This document shows positions 8,926 through 17,164 of a stretch of 25,129 nucleotides of DNA, in pieces. Position 1 is the stretch's first letter. Each line of letters starts with the position of its first letter. Source of the stretch: Gemmatimonadota bacterium (GTDB lineage: Bacteria; Gemmatimonadota; Gemmatimonadetes; Longimicrobiales; RSA9); the NCBI GenBank assembly GCA_040905425.1, contig JBBDRO010000074.1:1-25129 (forward strand), given 5' to 3'. Under the pieces are notes generated by a model. It was not told the DNA's origin. It ran no database searches and saw only the letters and a program-made list of their open reading frames with translations. Both the position numbers and the translations under genes were made by a program.

Positions 8926-9219
8926 ATGAAGAAGAATCGACTGTTGATGAAGGGGGCCGCAGTTGTGGCGCTCGCCACCGTGGCCAACGTCACCGCCTCA
9001 GACCACGCGGCCGCCGAGCCCGAGATCGACACGGCGCGCGGTTGCGCCGTCTGCTACTTGGAGCCCGGTATCTGCGAAGAAAACGCATTCGAAGACTGCC
9101 AAGAACTCTGCGATTCCGCACCGAGCGGCGAATGCCAGGACTACGAGGTGGGGGGCAACGTGAGCTGCGACACCGAGCAGACGGTGTACGAGTGGGTCGA
9201 CTGCGACGGTGCAGGCTAA
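8926..9219 (+). CDS. Small secreted cysteine-rich acidic protein (8 Cys)
   Basis: 97 aa. AAGGACGGAG RBS. Sec signal MKKNRLL...HAAA. The predicted 67 aa mature part has 8 Cys, 18 Asp/Glu and 1 Arg. Confidence 0.8.
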   Translation: MKKNRLLMKGAAVVALATVANVTASDHAAAEPEIDTARGCAVCYLEPGICEENAFEDCQELCDSAPSGECQDYEVGGNVSCDTEQTVYEWVDCDGAG

Positions 9220-9243
9220 TCGTACGATCAGTTCGACACGCTC

Positions 9244-9285
9244 CGGGGCCGCACCCGCAGGACGCGAGTCGAGGGTGCGGCCTCG
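9244..9285 (+). other. Stable intergenic hairpin between the peptide gene and dsbA
   Basis: GGCCGCACCC (9247-9256) and GGGTGCGGCC (9273-9282) form a perfect 10 bp stem, extendable to 13 bp with one G-U pair. No U tract follows. Confidence 0.6.
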
Positions 9286-9319
9286 ATCCATGGCAGGGAC
9301 TCCAGAATAGGATCAACCC

Positions 9320-10033
9320 ATGAACGGACATCTTGAAACGGCGGGAACGGTCACTGTGATCCTTGCGGCACTGGCAGTCACCTCGTCCGTCGTCCACCGT
9401 GAGTTCTTTAACCCCGGAGCTGCCGTCGGCGCGTCTGGCGCTGTACAGGGCGCTGTGCTGAGCGAGCGACCCACGGAGCCGGTGTACATAGAGGACTGGC
9501 GCGGCCTTCTCGAGCGCGGCACTCAGATTGGCGCCGACCCGGCAGCGGTAGAAATGGTAGTCTTTACGGACTTCCAGTGTCCCTACTGCCAGCGGTTCCA
9601 TGCGGCGTATAGGAATGCCAAGGCTCTGCTAGGAAACGACTTCAGACTGACATATCTGCACTACCCATTAACAACACATCCGCACGCGGAGCAAGCAGCA
9701 CAGGCAGCTGAGTGCGCCGGAGCGCAGGGGCAATTCTCGGCCTTTGCGGATGCACTCTTTGAACAGCAGGCGTCAATCGGTATCAAGTCGTGGATGTCCT
9801 ATGCCGATGGCGTCGGAATCCCGGACACGGCGACTTTTAATCGTTGCGCAGCATCGGACTCCCATAGTGAGAAGATTACGAAAGGCAAGGAGGAAGGGGT
9901 GGCGTTGGGGGTCACCGGCACGCCGACCGTGATCATCAACGGCTGGCGCTTGCCACGGCCACCCCATGACTCCTTGGCAGAGGTGATCGAGGCCATCCTC
10001 GATGGGCGGCCTCCCTATAGCAGTGCTGGCTGA
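9320..10033 (+). CDS. DsbA-family thiol-disulfide oxidoreductase, membrane-anchored
   Basis: FTDFQCPYC active site, HYPL..HPHA, GVTGTPT cis-Pro loop, N-terminal hydrophobic anchor. Confidence 0.9.
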   Translation: MNGHLETAGTVTVILAALAVTSSVVHREFFNPGAAVGASGAVQGAVLSERPTEPVYIEDWRGLLERGTQIGADPAAVEMVVFTDFQCPYCQRFHAAYRNAKALLGNDFRLTYLHYPLTTHPHAEQAAQAAECAGAQGQFSAFADALFEQQASIGIKSWMSYADGVGIPDTATFNRCAASDSHSEKITKGKEEGVALGVTGTPTVIINGWRLPRPPHDSLAEVIEAILDGRPPYSSAG

Positions 10034-10185
10034 GATTTGCGGTGGCTCACTTCGGAACCGGACGTGACCCTTTATCGCCGTATGGTTCTTGCATCAGCGC
10101 GTAAACTGGTTCAGCTCTTTCGAAAGAGAGGAAGCAGTCGCTGAGAGGCTTGAGCCGATTCGATGGAATGCACCGGAGGCATGGC

Positions 10186-11379
10186 ATGAGGCAGAGATGG
10201 TGGAGAGCAGTTTCGCTCAATAGTATGCTGCTGCTGACGATTGGTGCCGTCTGGGCCACTGGGGGTGGTGCGCAAAGTTTGCTGATTGACCGATCGTTGT
10301 CTCCCCCAACGGCCGTGTGGAGTCGCGGATTCACGTCGATCACCTCCGTCCGCGAACTGGATGGCGGAAGGACCCTAGTCGCCGATCGCGGTGAACGTAG
10401 TCTATACCTTGTCAATTGGGAGACGGGTGCTGTTGATCAGCTCTTACGCCGCGGTGAAGGCCCCGGGGAGTACCAAGAAATCGGCTGGCTTTATTCGGTT
10501 GGCGATAATGAGACCCTTCTCACAGCCGTCGCGCCGCGTCGGTGGATTCTGCTTCGTGACACCAAGGCTGCTCATACGTTCACCCGCGCCGATCCACTGA
10601 TCAGCCGATTCCGATCCCGTCTCGACGGTGTTGCCACAAGCGGCCGTGTCCTTGCTTCAGTCAGTGCGGAACGCCCCGGGAGCCTGACAGCTGACACACG
10701 CGTCATCGAGTTGACACTAGATCTGGCTCCCCACGAGGATCTCCCCCGCCTGGACACCATCGCCCGCCTCAGCGGCACTGGGTATGAGCAGCGGCGGTGT
10801 GTAGTCGTGGTGGCAGGCGGGGGCAGCGCGCCATCACCCTGCAATTTCCTCGAGGCCGAGGAGCAGGCCCTCATCTTCCCGGATGGGTGGATCGCAATAG
10901 CCTTACAGGATCCGTATCGCGTCTTCTGGTACTCTCCAGATGGTGATCTGATACAGGGGGAGGCATTGGAGGACGGCTCCGGTCCGGTGACTGATGCGGA
11001 GAAATGCGCTGCCCTCAACGGATGGGCGGAAGGCGGCGCGGCGTGTGATGCAGCCGCGGTCGAACGTTTTTCCTGGCCAGACGAGATTCCGCCGTTTCTG
11101 ACGGACTCGAGGACGTGTAGGGCTTGCAAGGGACTCGCTGCCGGAGTAGCGCCGTGGCTGTTCGCCGATCCCGGCGGGCGGCTCGTCGTGCGGCGCACGC
11201 CTCATCTTTCGCGGCGGGAAAATCGGTATGATGTTTTTGATCGAACCGGACGGTTGGTGGAGCGAGTCACCCTTCCGCACGGGCAGGCGATCGTCGGGTT
11301 CGGCGCATCGAGCGTATACACGATACGTATGGACCAGTATGATCTCCAATGGCTTCTCCGCCATCCGTGGCGGGATTGA
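10186..11379 (+). CDS. Exported six-bladed beta-propeller-like protein with three Cys pairs
   Basis: GGAGG RBS before ATG 10186. Signal peptide, VRELDGGRTLVAD, RRGEGPGEY motif, C-terminal YDVFDRTG...GFG.SSVY..R.D..DLQWL. Confidence 0.75.
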   Translation: MRQRWWRAVSLNSMLLLTIGAVWATGGGAQSLLIDRSLSPPTAVWSRGFTSITSVRELDGGRTLVADRGERSLYLVNWETGAVDQLLRRGEGPGEYQEIGWLYSVGDNETLLTAVAPRRWILLRDTKAAHTFTRADPLISRFRSRLDGVATSGRVLASVSAERPGSLTADTRVIELTLDLAPHEDLPRLDTIARLSGTGYEQRRCVVVVAGGGSAPSPCNFLEAEEQALIFPDGWIAIALQDPYRVFWYSPDGDLIQGEALEDGSGPVTDAEKCAALNGWAEGGAACDAAAVERFSWPDEIPPFLTDSRTCRACKGLAAGVAPWLFADPGGRLVVRRTPHLSRRENRYDVFDRTGRLVERVTLPHGQAIVGFGASSVYTIRMDQYDLQWLLRHPWRD

Positions 11380-11439
11380 AAGTCGCTGAGCGTGTTGTTT
11401 GCACCCGAATGCACCCGGCGCGTGACCACTCGTAGGTAT

Positions 11440-12861
11440 TCAGAGCCCCAGCCGTTCCATCCGCGAACGCAACGTGCTCCGCGCCACACCCAGCATTCGC
11501 GCCGCCGCGTTCACATTGCCAGCGGTTCGCTGTAGCGCCTCCTTGATATGCATCACCTGCGCCTGCTCAAGCGTCATCAGCCTGCCGTCAGGCTGATTGA
11601 ACCGCGCGCCTGACGTATCAGGATCGCTTGATCCCGATTCTGCGGCGATCTTCGGGCTCTCGGCCGATGCCGTAACGCCGAAGGAGGCCAGCGACTCACC
11701 GATTCGGAGGTCCTCCCGATAGATCACGCCGTCTTTTGTTCGCAGGACGCCTCGCTCGAGGCACCCTTCCAGTTCACGCACGTTCCCGGGCCAATCGTGG
11801 TGACGCATACACTCTTTGGCATCATCGCTCAGTATCGGAATTGTAGTATGGCCATTCCTCAGAGCAATGCGCGCGAGAAGGTGTCCCACGAGTGCCCCCA
11901 GATCGTCAATATGCTCGCGTAGCGACGGTATCCGGATCACGGCGACCGCTAGCCGATGCAGCAGATCGCTGCGGAACCCGCCCTTCTCGGTCAGGGCATC
12001 CAGATCCTGATTCGTGGCGGCGATCACCCGCGCGTTCGTCGTCAGCTCGGTCTCACCACCTATGCGATCGAAGGTGCCATCCTGAAGGACGCGGAGCAGC
12101 TTCGCCTGGAATTCGAGCGTGGCGTCTCCTATCTCGTCGAGGAGGATCGTGCCGCCGCTCGCTTGCTCGAAGCGGCCCCCGTGGTCCCGTGCCGCGCCGG
12201 TAAAGGCGCCCTTGGCGTGACCGAAGAGTTCGGACTCGGTGAGAGAGGCGTTCACCGCAGCACAGTTCACGGTCACGAACGGGTGGTTACGTCGTTCTGA
12301 ATACTCGTGGATGGAGCGGGCGACCAGCTCCTTCCCGGTGCCCGTCGGGCCGACGATCAGCACGGTCGCGTTGGTCGAGGCGAAGTCCGCGATCTGCCTG
12401 CGGACCTCGAGCATCTGTGCGCTCCGCCCGATCAGCCGAGGCTCCTGGTCGGTGGCGGACGTGGGGTAAGTCGGGTGGCATCGCTCGCGGATGCGGCGGG
12501 ACATGAATCCCCTGGCAACGCGATCCCGGATGTCCTTGTGGTCGAGCGGCTTCCGCAGGACGTCCAGGGCACCGATCTCCTTCGCCCGCAGGATCGTGCG
12601 GATGTCCGCCCCGCCGCTCATGAGCATGGCGTCCGCGTCGGGCGTCCGCCGAAGTAAGCGTTCGATCAAGTCAAGGCCGCCGAGATCAGGCAGATCGGCA
12701 TCTGCGATGAGGAGATGAGGCATAAAGCTATCCACCATGCGGAGTGCACCCGTTGGATCGTCGGCTTGTCGGAGTCGCCTCCCTTGGCCTCCGAGCGCAT
12801 GCGCAAGGATCCCGCGGGCCGATTCGTCGCCGCCGACGATGAGGATCCTCTCTTCCGGCAC
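11440..12861 (-). CDS. Sigma-54-dependent transcriptional activator, NtrC/Fis family (receiver-AAA+-HTH)
   Basis: Likely GTG start at 12861 after an AAGGGAGG RBS. Receiver domain, Walker A GPTGTGKE, ESELFGH..GAFTGA, Walker B ILLDE, WPGNVREL, Fis-type HTH GNVNAAARMLGVARSTL. Confidence 0.93.
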   Translation of the reverse strand: MPEERILIVGGDESARGILAHALGGQGRRLRQADDPTGALRMVDSFMPHLLIADADLPDLGGLDLIERLLRRTPDADAMLMSGGADIRTILRAKEIGALDVLRKPLDHKDIRDRVARGFMSRRIRERCHPTYPTSATDQEPRLIGRSAQMLEVRRQIADFASTNATVLIVGPTGTGKELVARSIHEYSERRNHPFVTVNCAAVNASLTESELFGHAKGAFTGAARDHGGRFEQASGGTILLDEIGDATLEFQAKLLRVLQDGTFDRIGGETELTTNARVIAATNQDLDALTEKGGFRSDLLHRLAVAVIRIPSLREHIDDLGALVGHLLARIALRNGHTTIPILSDDAKECMRHHDWPGNVRELEGCLERGVLRTKDGVIYREDLRIGESLASFGVTASAESPKIAAESGSSDPDTSGARFNQPDGRLMTLEQAQVMHIKEALQRTAGNVNAAARMLGVARSTLRSRMERLGL

Positions 12862-13503
12862 GGAACGCCTCCCTTCATGTGGGACGCCCGGCGGGGTAGT
12901 GCTGGCATGGCAAGGGGAGCGCGCACGGCAGGCGTTGGCCTGAGGCCACCCGATTCGAATGACCGGCAAACGTCGATCCGACCGGCGGCAGCTAAGGTGG
13001 TGTGCCTTCCCCGCCCCTAGCTGGGCCGTGCGCCCGGGGAGGAATGAGCGCCTTGTCTATAATAGCACATTCGGCTGCCGGAGGGGAATGTTGGCCAGAC
13101 CCCGGCAGCCATTTCGGAAGGCTGGGCTACTTCAGGTTGTCGGAGGGCGGCGGCGCGGCCGGCGGAGCTGGTAGCGGCAGCACGAGGAAGGCCGGCGGTC
13201 GAAATCGTTGAGGTACGTGGGCCGAAGGGGGCTTCCAGTGGGTGCGTCGGCGCGAGGAGAGACAGGGGTCCCGAGCGGCGTGGAGACGCCGCCTTGGGAT
13301 GAGCGTGGAAGCGGATCTAAGCTGCGCGCCTAGCTGGTGTCGTAGGCCACGTCGCGAGCGAGATTGATCCAAAGCAGGCGGCACAGCTCGATGGCGCTGT
13401 ACGGCTTGTTCGTACCGCGACGGAGGTAGCGCAGGCGAGAGAGCCGGTCCACGCACATGGCGAGAAAGGTGAGGAGGGTGCGGGCCAGGACGCTGTTGGG
13501 GTG

Positions 13504-13791
13504 GTGGTGCGGGGTGGCGGTCCAGCCGGCGGCTGCGCCGGTGAGGTCGATGGTGGTGTGCTGGGGGACTTGGAAGCAGGCCAGCTCCGCCCCCTCGGAC
13601 GCATAGCGCCGGCGCGCGGCGAAATGCTCGTTCTGCAGCCGTACCAGCTCATCGAGGCCCTCGTGGAAGCCGTCCAGGGGGCCGGGTGTGGTGATGATCG
13701 AATAGACACCGTGGCGCGTGCTGAGACTGAACATGCGCTCCACGGCCGCGTAGCAGATGACCTCGGCACTGACGGCGGAATCCGCACTCAC
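13504..13791 (-). pseudogene. Internal fragment (copy 2) of the gene at 14357-14935, running into unrelated sequence
   Basis: ITTPGPLDGFHEGLDELV...GWTAT is nearly identical to the other copies. The upstream plug-like part is diverged, an in-frame stop lies shortly upstream, and the sequence after GWTAT is unrelated. Confidence 0.7.
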
Positions 13792-13887
13792 GTCCGCGTT
13801 CGTAAACTCGGTCCTTTCACTTCAACTCAAGGGTGACGATGCCAACGATTTCCCTTGATTTCCGATGGGACTCCCCTATCTTGCATA

Positions 13888-13905
13888 GTGTAACTAAGGT
13901 GACAC
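13888..13905 (+). promoter_or_regulatory. Probable autoregulatory operator of the AbrB-Doc module
   Basis: Imperfect inverted repeat GTGTAAC-TAAG-GTGACAC next to TTGCAT (13881-13886), just upstream of the antitoxin RBS. Confidence 0.4.
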
Positions 13906-13926
13906 ACCCCCTGTACAGGAGTCGCT

Positions 13927-14160
13927 ATGTCCACACTCTCAAGCACTACGCGGAGCCAGGGGGCCTCGGTCGTGACAACCCTCCCGGCAGAGGTCGTCCG
14001 GCGGCTTGGCATCCCCCCAGGGCAGCGGTTGGACTGGATTGAAGATGGACTGGGCGGATTTCGGGTCGTCCCTCATTCCGAGGAACTTTCGGCAGCCGTC
14101 GAGGCCCATGAAGCGATCATGGCCGAGTACGACGGAGTGTTCCGCGAACTGGCGAAGTGA
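13927..14160 (+). CDS. AbrB/MazE/SpoVT-family antitoxin
   Basis: 77 aa. QGASVVTTLPAEVVRRLGIPPGQRL swapped-hairpin motif, and a C-terminal IMAEYDGVFRELAK tail typical of AbrB antitoxins paired with Doc. AGGAG RBS. Confidence 0.82.
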   Translation: MSTLSSTTRSQGASVVTTLPAEVVRRLGIPPGQRLDWIEDGLGGFRVVPHSEELSAAVEAHEAIMAEYDGVFRELAK

Positions 14161-14322
14161 GCGGCCAAACGGGCATGGAAGAGCCCCAATGGCTCACTGA
14201 GACTATGCTCCTGGTGATCCATGCCCAGCAGGTAGAGCGGTACAGGGGAGCGCACGGTATTCTCGACCAGGATGTCGTGCGCTCCACGCTTGCGCGACCG
14301 ATTCACCGGTGGGCCTATGATG
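14157..14322 (+). pseudogene. doc: Truncated Doc (death-on-curing, Fic family) toxin
   Basis: WLTETMLLVIHAQQVERYRGAHGILDQDVVRSTLARP..RWAY matches the Doc N-terminus. The start overlaps the antitoxin stop. The frame then runs into the antisense strand of the next gene, and the Fic motif HxFxDGNKR is absent. Confidence 0.75.
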
Positions 14323-14356
14323 ATGCGCGATCACGCGGGGCCGTGGTGACCGGTTC

Positions 14357-14935
14357 CTACTGGCCGTGCTTGTGCTCTGAGAAGCACTTGGGAGTATCCT
14401 GCGCCATGTCCGCATGGGGTTTGGCCACCGCGCCACCGTAGGCGTGGCAGACCCGGTTCACCATGGCGTGGCGCACGGTGGCGGTCCAGCCGGCGGCTGT
14501 GCCGGTGAGGTCGATGGTGGTGTGCTGCGGAACCTGGAAGCCGGCCAGCTCCGCCACCTCGGACGCATAGCGCCTGTGCGTGGTGAAGTGCTCGTTCTGC
14601 CGCCGCACCAGCTCATCAAGGCCCTCGTGGAAGCCGTCCAGGGGGCCGGGGGTGGTGATGACCGACAGGACGCCGCGCTGCACGCTGAGGCCGAACATTC
14701 GCTTTGCGGTTTCGTAACAGAGGACCTGCACATAGATGACGGTTTCCGCGCTCAGATCATAGTCCCAATTGTCGATGGCTACGACCTTCCCGTTCACGAG
14801 GATCATCCATTCGGGCTGCCCGACAGTGACGTCGGGTCGTACCGGACAGCCCCGATCCGGTGAGGTGCGCGCTCCGGGCACGGCCAGCAGAAGCGCCATC
14901 GGCAGGACAATCAGGTGCAGGCTCGGGAGGTTCAT
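14357..14935 (-). CDS. Exported hypothetical protein with a TonB-plug-like N-terminal segment and a pilin-like C-terminal domain (intact copy 3)
   Basis: Signal-like MNLPSLHLIVLPMALLLAV. ILVNG...DLSAETV..VQVL...A..MFG....GVLSVIT resembles the plug-domain signature. QNEHF..HRRYA...GWTAT..H....C..Y.G...C resembles a pilin head domain. Confidence 0.6.
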   Translation of the reverse strand: MNLPSLHLIVLPMALLLAVPGARTSPDRGCPVRPDVTVGQPEWMILVNGKVVAIDNWDYDLSAETVIYVQVLCYETAKRMFGLSVQRGVLSVITTPGPLDGFHEGLDELVRRQNEHFTTHRRYASEVAELAGFQVPQHTTIDLTGTAAGWTATVRHAMVNRVCHAYGGAVAKPHADMAQDTPKCFSEHKHGQ

Positions 14936-15028
14936 CGGACTCGGGTCGCGAGAATCCACGGTCTTTGCAGTAGTAACGTCTGAGCGGGGGGAATGGTGAC
15001 GGCGGGCGGCAGTTGGCAGCGCGGGATG

Positions 15029-16249
15029 CTACGGCCAGTCGATGCGGTACACGCGGATGGATTGCACGCCGAACTCCCCGGTGAAGATCCCCCACAGGTG
15101 GTTGCCGCGCAGCCCGAACATCCGGAATCCCTCGGGGAGAAGCACCCGAGCCCGGAAGGCGCCATCCGGCTCGAAGACGTCGTAGGCGGTCGGTTCGGTC
15201 CATTCATCGTCGACCAGGCGCGAGGGCATGGAGACCATGGCCAGCAGCCTGCCATCTGCCGAGAACGTGATGCCGCGGAGCGGCGGTTTCTGCGTGGGCA
15301 TGGGCGGGATGCGCAGGCCGCCGGCCCCCTCGACGCTAGCGATCTCCTCTTCCAACCGTTGCCGGGCGGCCGCCTGCTCGGCTTCCGGGACGGGGATCGG
15401 CGGGATATCCCGTGTGAACACGGGGGAGGGCTCTGCGTCCCGGGCGTCGCTGCCGTCTGCGGCATGGGGCGGCGGCAACACGTCGATCCGGTACCGGTCG
15501 GTGCGGGTCACGGCGAATCGGCCCCCGGGACTCCACGACCAGAGTCCCCACGGCTGATAAGGCACCGTGAAGCCGCGCATCGAACGTCCGCCGTTGGAAA
15601 CGTGCCGGAGAGTCTCGCGCTCCACGTCCGGCACGGGTGGCAAGGCGACCGTGTCGAGCACGCTGCCTGCCTGGCTCAGCCGCAGGAAGCGGGTTGGCGG
15701 GGCGTTCGGTCCGGGACGTCCCCGGAACGGGAGCCACAGAAGGCCGGCCGTGTCAACCCGAAGCGGATCCCGCCCCCCATGGGTATAGGTTAGCCGCGTC
15801 TCCAGCGTCCACACCGTGTCCAACCCACCGTCGGCCGTGTAGAAAGTGATCCTGTCCGGCAGGCTGTAATCGCGGAGCGCCACGCGCCCATCGGGCGTCT
15901 CAGCCAGCCCATTAGGCGCGCGGTACTCACCAGGGCCGGCGCCGTCGCGGCCGACGTGCCGCACGTAGCTCCCTTCGGCGTCGAACTGCCGGAGCATGGC
16001 GCGGGCGCCGCCCAGACCCGAGGCGTCTCCACCGTCGGCCACCCAGATCATGCCGTCGGAGGTGCGCAGGATGTTGACGATGGCGGCGAATTCGTAGTCG
16101 GCGCCGGACTGGTCCTCACCGATGGTGGCTTCGAGCACGAGGTCGGCGTAGGGGCCGGCGGCCTCGGGGTACAGGTCGGGTGCGGCGTCGCTGTTACCGC
16201 AGCCAGCGGTAAGGACGGCCATAGAGAGGACGAGGGCAGGGGCGCGCAT
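15029..16249 (-). CDS. Six-bladed beta-propeller-like lipoprotein
   Basis: Start ATG 16249 (alternative 16288). Lipobox LTAGC, GRDGAGPGEY motif, C-terminal YDVFEPDG.F...V.LP...GEFGVQSIRVYRI. Confidence 0.78.
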   Translation of the reverse strand: MRAPALVLSMAVLTAGCGNSDAAPDLYPEAAGPYADLVLEATIGEDQSGADYEFAAIVNILRTSDGMIWVADGGDASGLGGARAMLRQFDAEGSYVRHVGRDGAGPGEYRAPNGLAETPDGRVALRDYSLPDRITFYTADGGLDTVWTLETRLTYTHGGRDPLRVDTAGLLWLPFRGRPGPNAPPTRFLRLSQAGSVLDTVALPPVPDVERETLRHVSNGGRSMRGFTVPYQPWGLWSWSPGGRFAVTRTDRYRIDVLPPPHAADGSDARDAEPSPVFTRDIPPIPVPEAEQAAARQRLEEEIASVEGAGGLRIPPMPTQKPPLRGITFSADGRLLAMVSMPSRLVDDEWTEPTAYDVFEPDGAFRARVLLPEGFRMFGLRGNHLWGIFTGEFGVQSIRVYRIDWP

Positions 16250-16458
16250 CGACTGCCACGCCACGGGGCGGGTCGGGTCGCGGAGCATACCGATACGTAA
16301 GCAATCGTCGCTTGCCGGGCAACAACTTGGCATCCACCCCTTGGCGGCCAGGAGCTGCCACGCCGTATTCCCCGCCTGCTAATCCAACGCTCCGCCGCCC
16401 ATCCGAGCATTGAACGCGCCCGCGGGTGGGTCTATCTTGGATGGAGGGAGGTCATGCC

Positions 16459-17037
16459 ATGGAGGCACGCAGCACTGAGCGGCAGCCCCGCCCCCGCTGG
16501 ACCTACGCGGAGTTTGCCCGCCTGCCCGAGGCGGGCAGCTCGCGCTACGAGATCATCGCGGACGAGCTCGTGATGACGCCGGCGCCCGGCACGCGCCACC
16601 AGCGCATTTCCGTCGAGTTGAGTTACGCGCTTCATGGCCACGTGCGTACGCATGGGCTCGGGCAGGTCTTTCACGCTCCACTCGATGTCCTGTTCGCCGA
16701 CGGCGACTTCTTCGAACCGGATCTGGTCTTCATCGGCAGCGACCGCCTCGAACTCCTCTCCGATCGCGGCATGGAGGGAGCCCCTGACCTCGTCGTGGAG
16801 ATCCTCTCCCCCTCTACCGCGGCCCGGGACCGGGGCATCAAACTGGAGCGCTACAGGCTCTACGGCGTGGCCGAGTACTGGATCGTGGACCCCCAGGCGG
16901 AGCGCGTGGAGGTGTGGCGGCTCGGCGCGGGTGCGGAGACGCCCGAGACCTGCGGGCGCGACGGTCGCTTCACATGGCAGCCCTCTGCCGACGCCCCCAC
17001 GCTGGCGATCGATCTGGCTGATCTCTTCCGCCAATAG
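16459..17037 (+). CDS. Uma2 family (DUF820) putative endonuclease
   Basis: WTYAEF..LPE, RYEII..EL.M.PAP...HQ, EPDLVF, GAPDLVVEILSPST...DR..K...Y...GVAEYWIVDP. GGAGG RBS. Confidence 0.9.
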   Translation: MEARSTERQPRPRWTYAEFARLPEAGSSRYEIIADELVMTPAPGTRHQRISVELSYALHGHVRTHGLGQVFHAPLDVLFADGDFFEPDLVFIGSDRLELLSDRGMEGAPDLVVEILSPSTAARDRGIKLERYRLYGVAEYWIVDPQAERVEVWRLGAGAETPETCGRDGRFTWQPSADAPTLAIDLADLFRQ

Positions 17038-17164
17038 CGCGGGGAACTCGGCCACGCGGCAACGAACCACGCCTGCGCCAGCGCGAGCACCATCTTGCGT
17101 TTCGGGAGATAGCCACACGCCAGCGTCCACATTCGGAAATGGCTAGAGCTAGACTGCCCCTGGC

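Noticed and set aside
13058..13067. TATAAT on the + strand as a promoter
   Set aside because: It has no matching -35 and no credible plus-strand gene downstream. The overlapping minus-strand TGCTATTAT could serve the activator gene but is too weak to call.
13827..13858. 7 bp inverted repeat TCAAGGG...CCCTTGA
   Set aside because: The stem is short with an 18 nt loop and could easily arise by chance.
8346..14654. Diversity-generating retroelement template/variable repeats
   Set aside because: No reverse transcriptase is present, and the differences between copies are not restricted to adenines.
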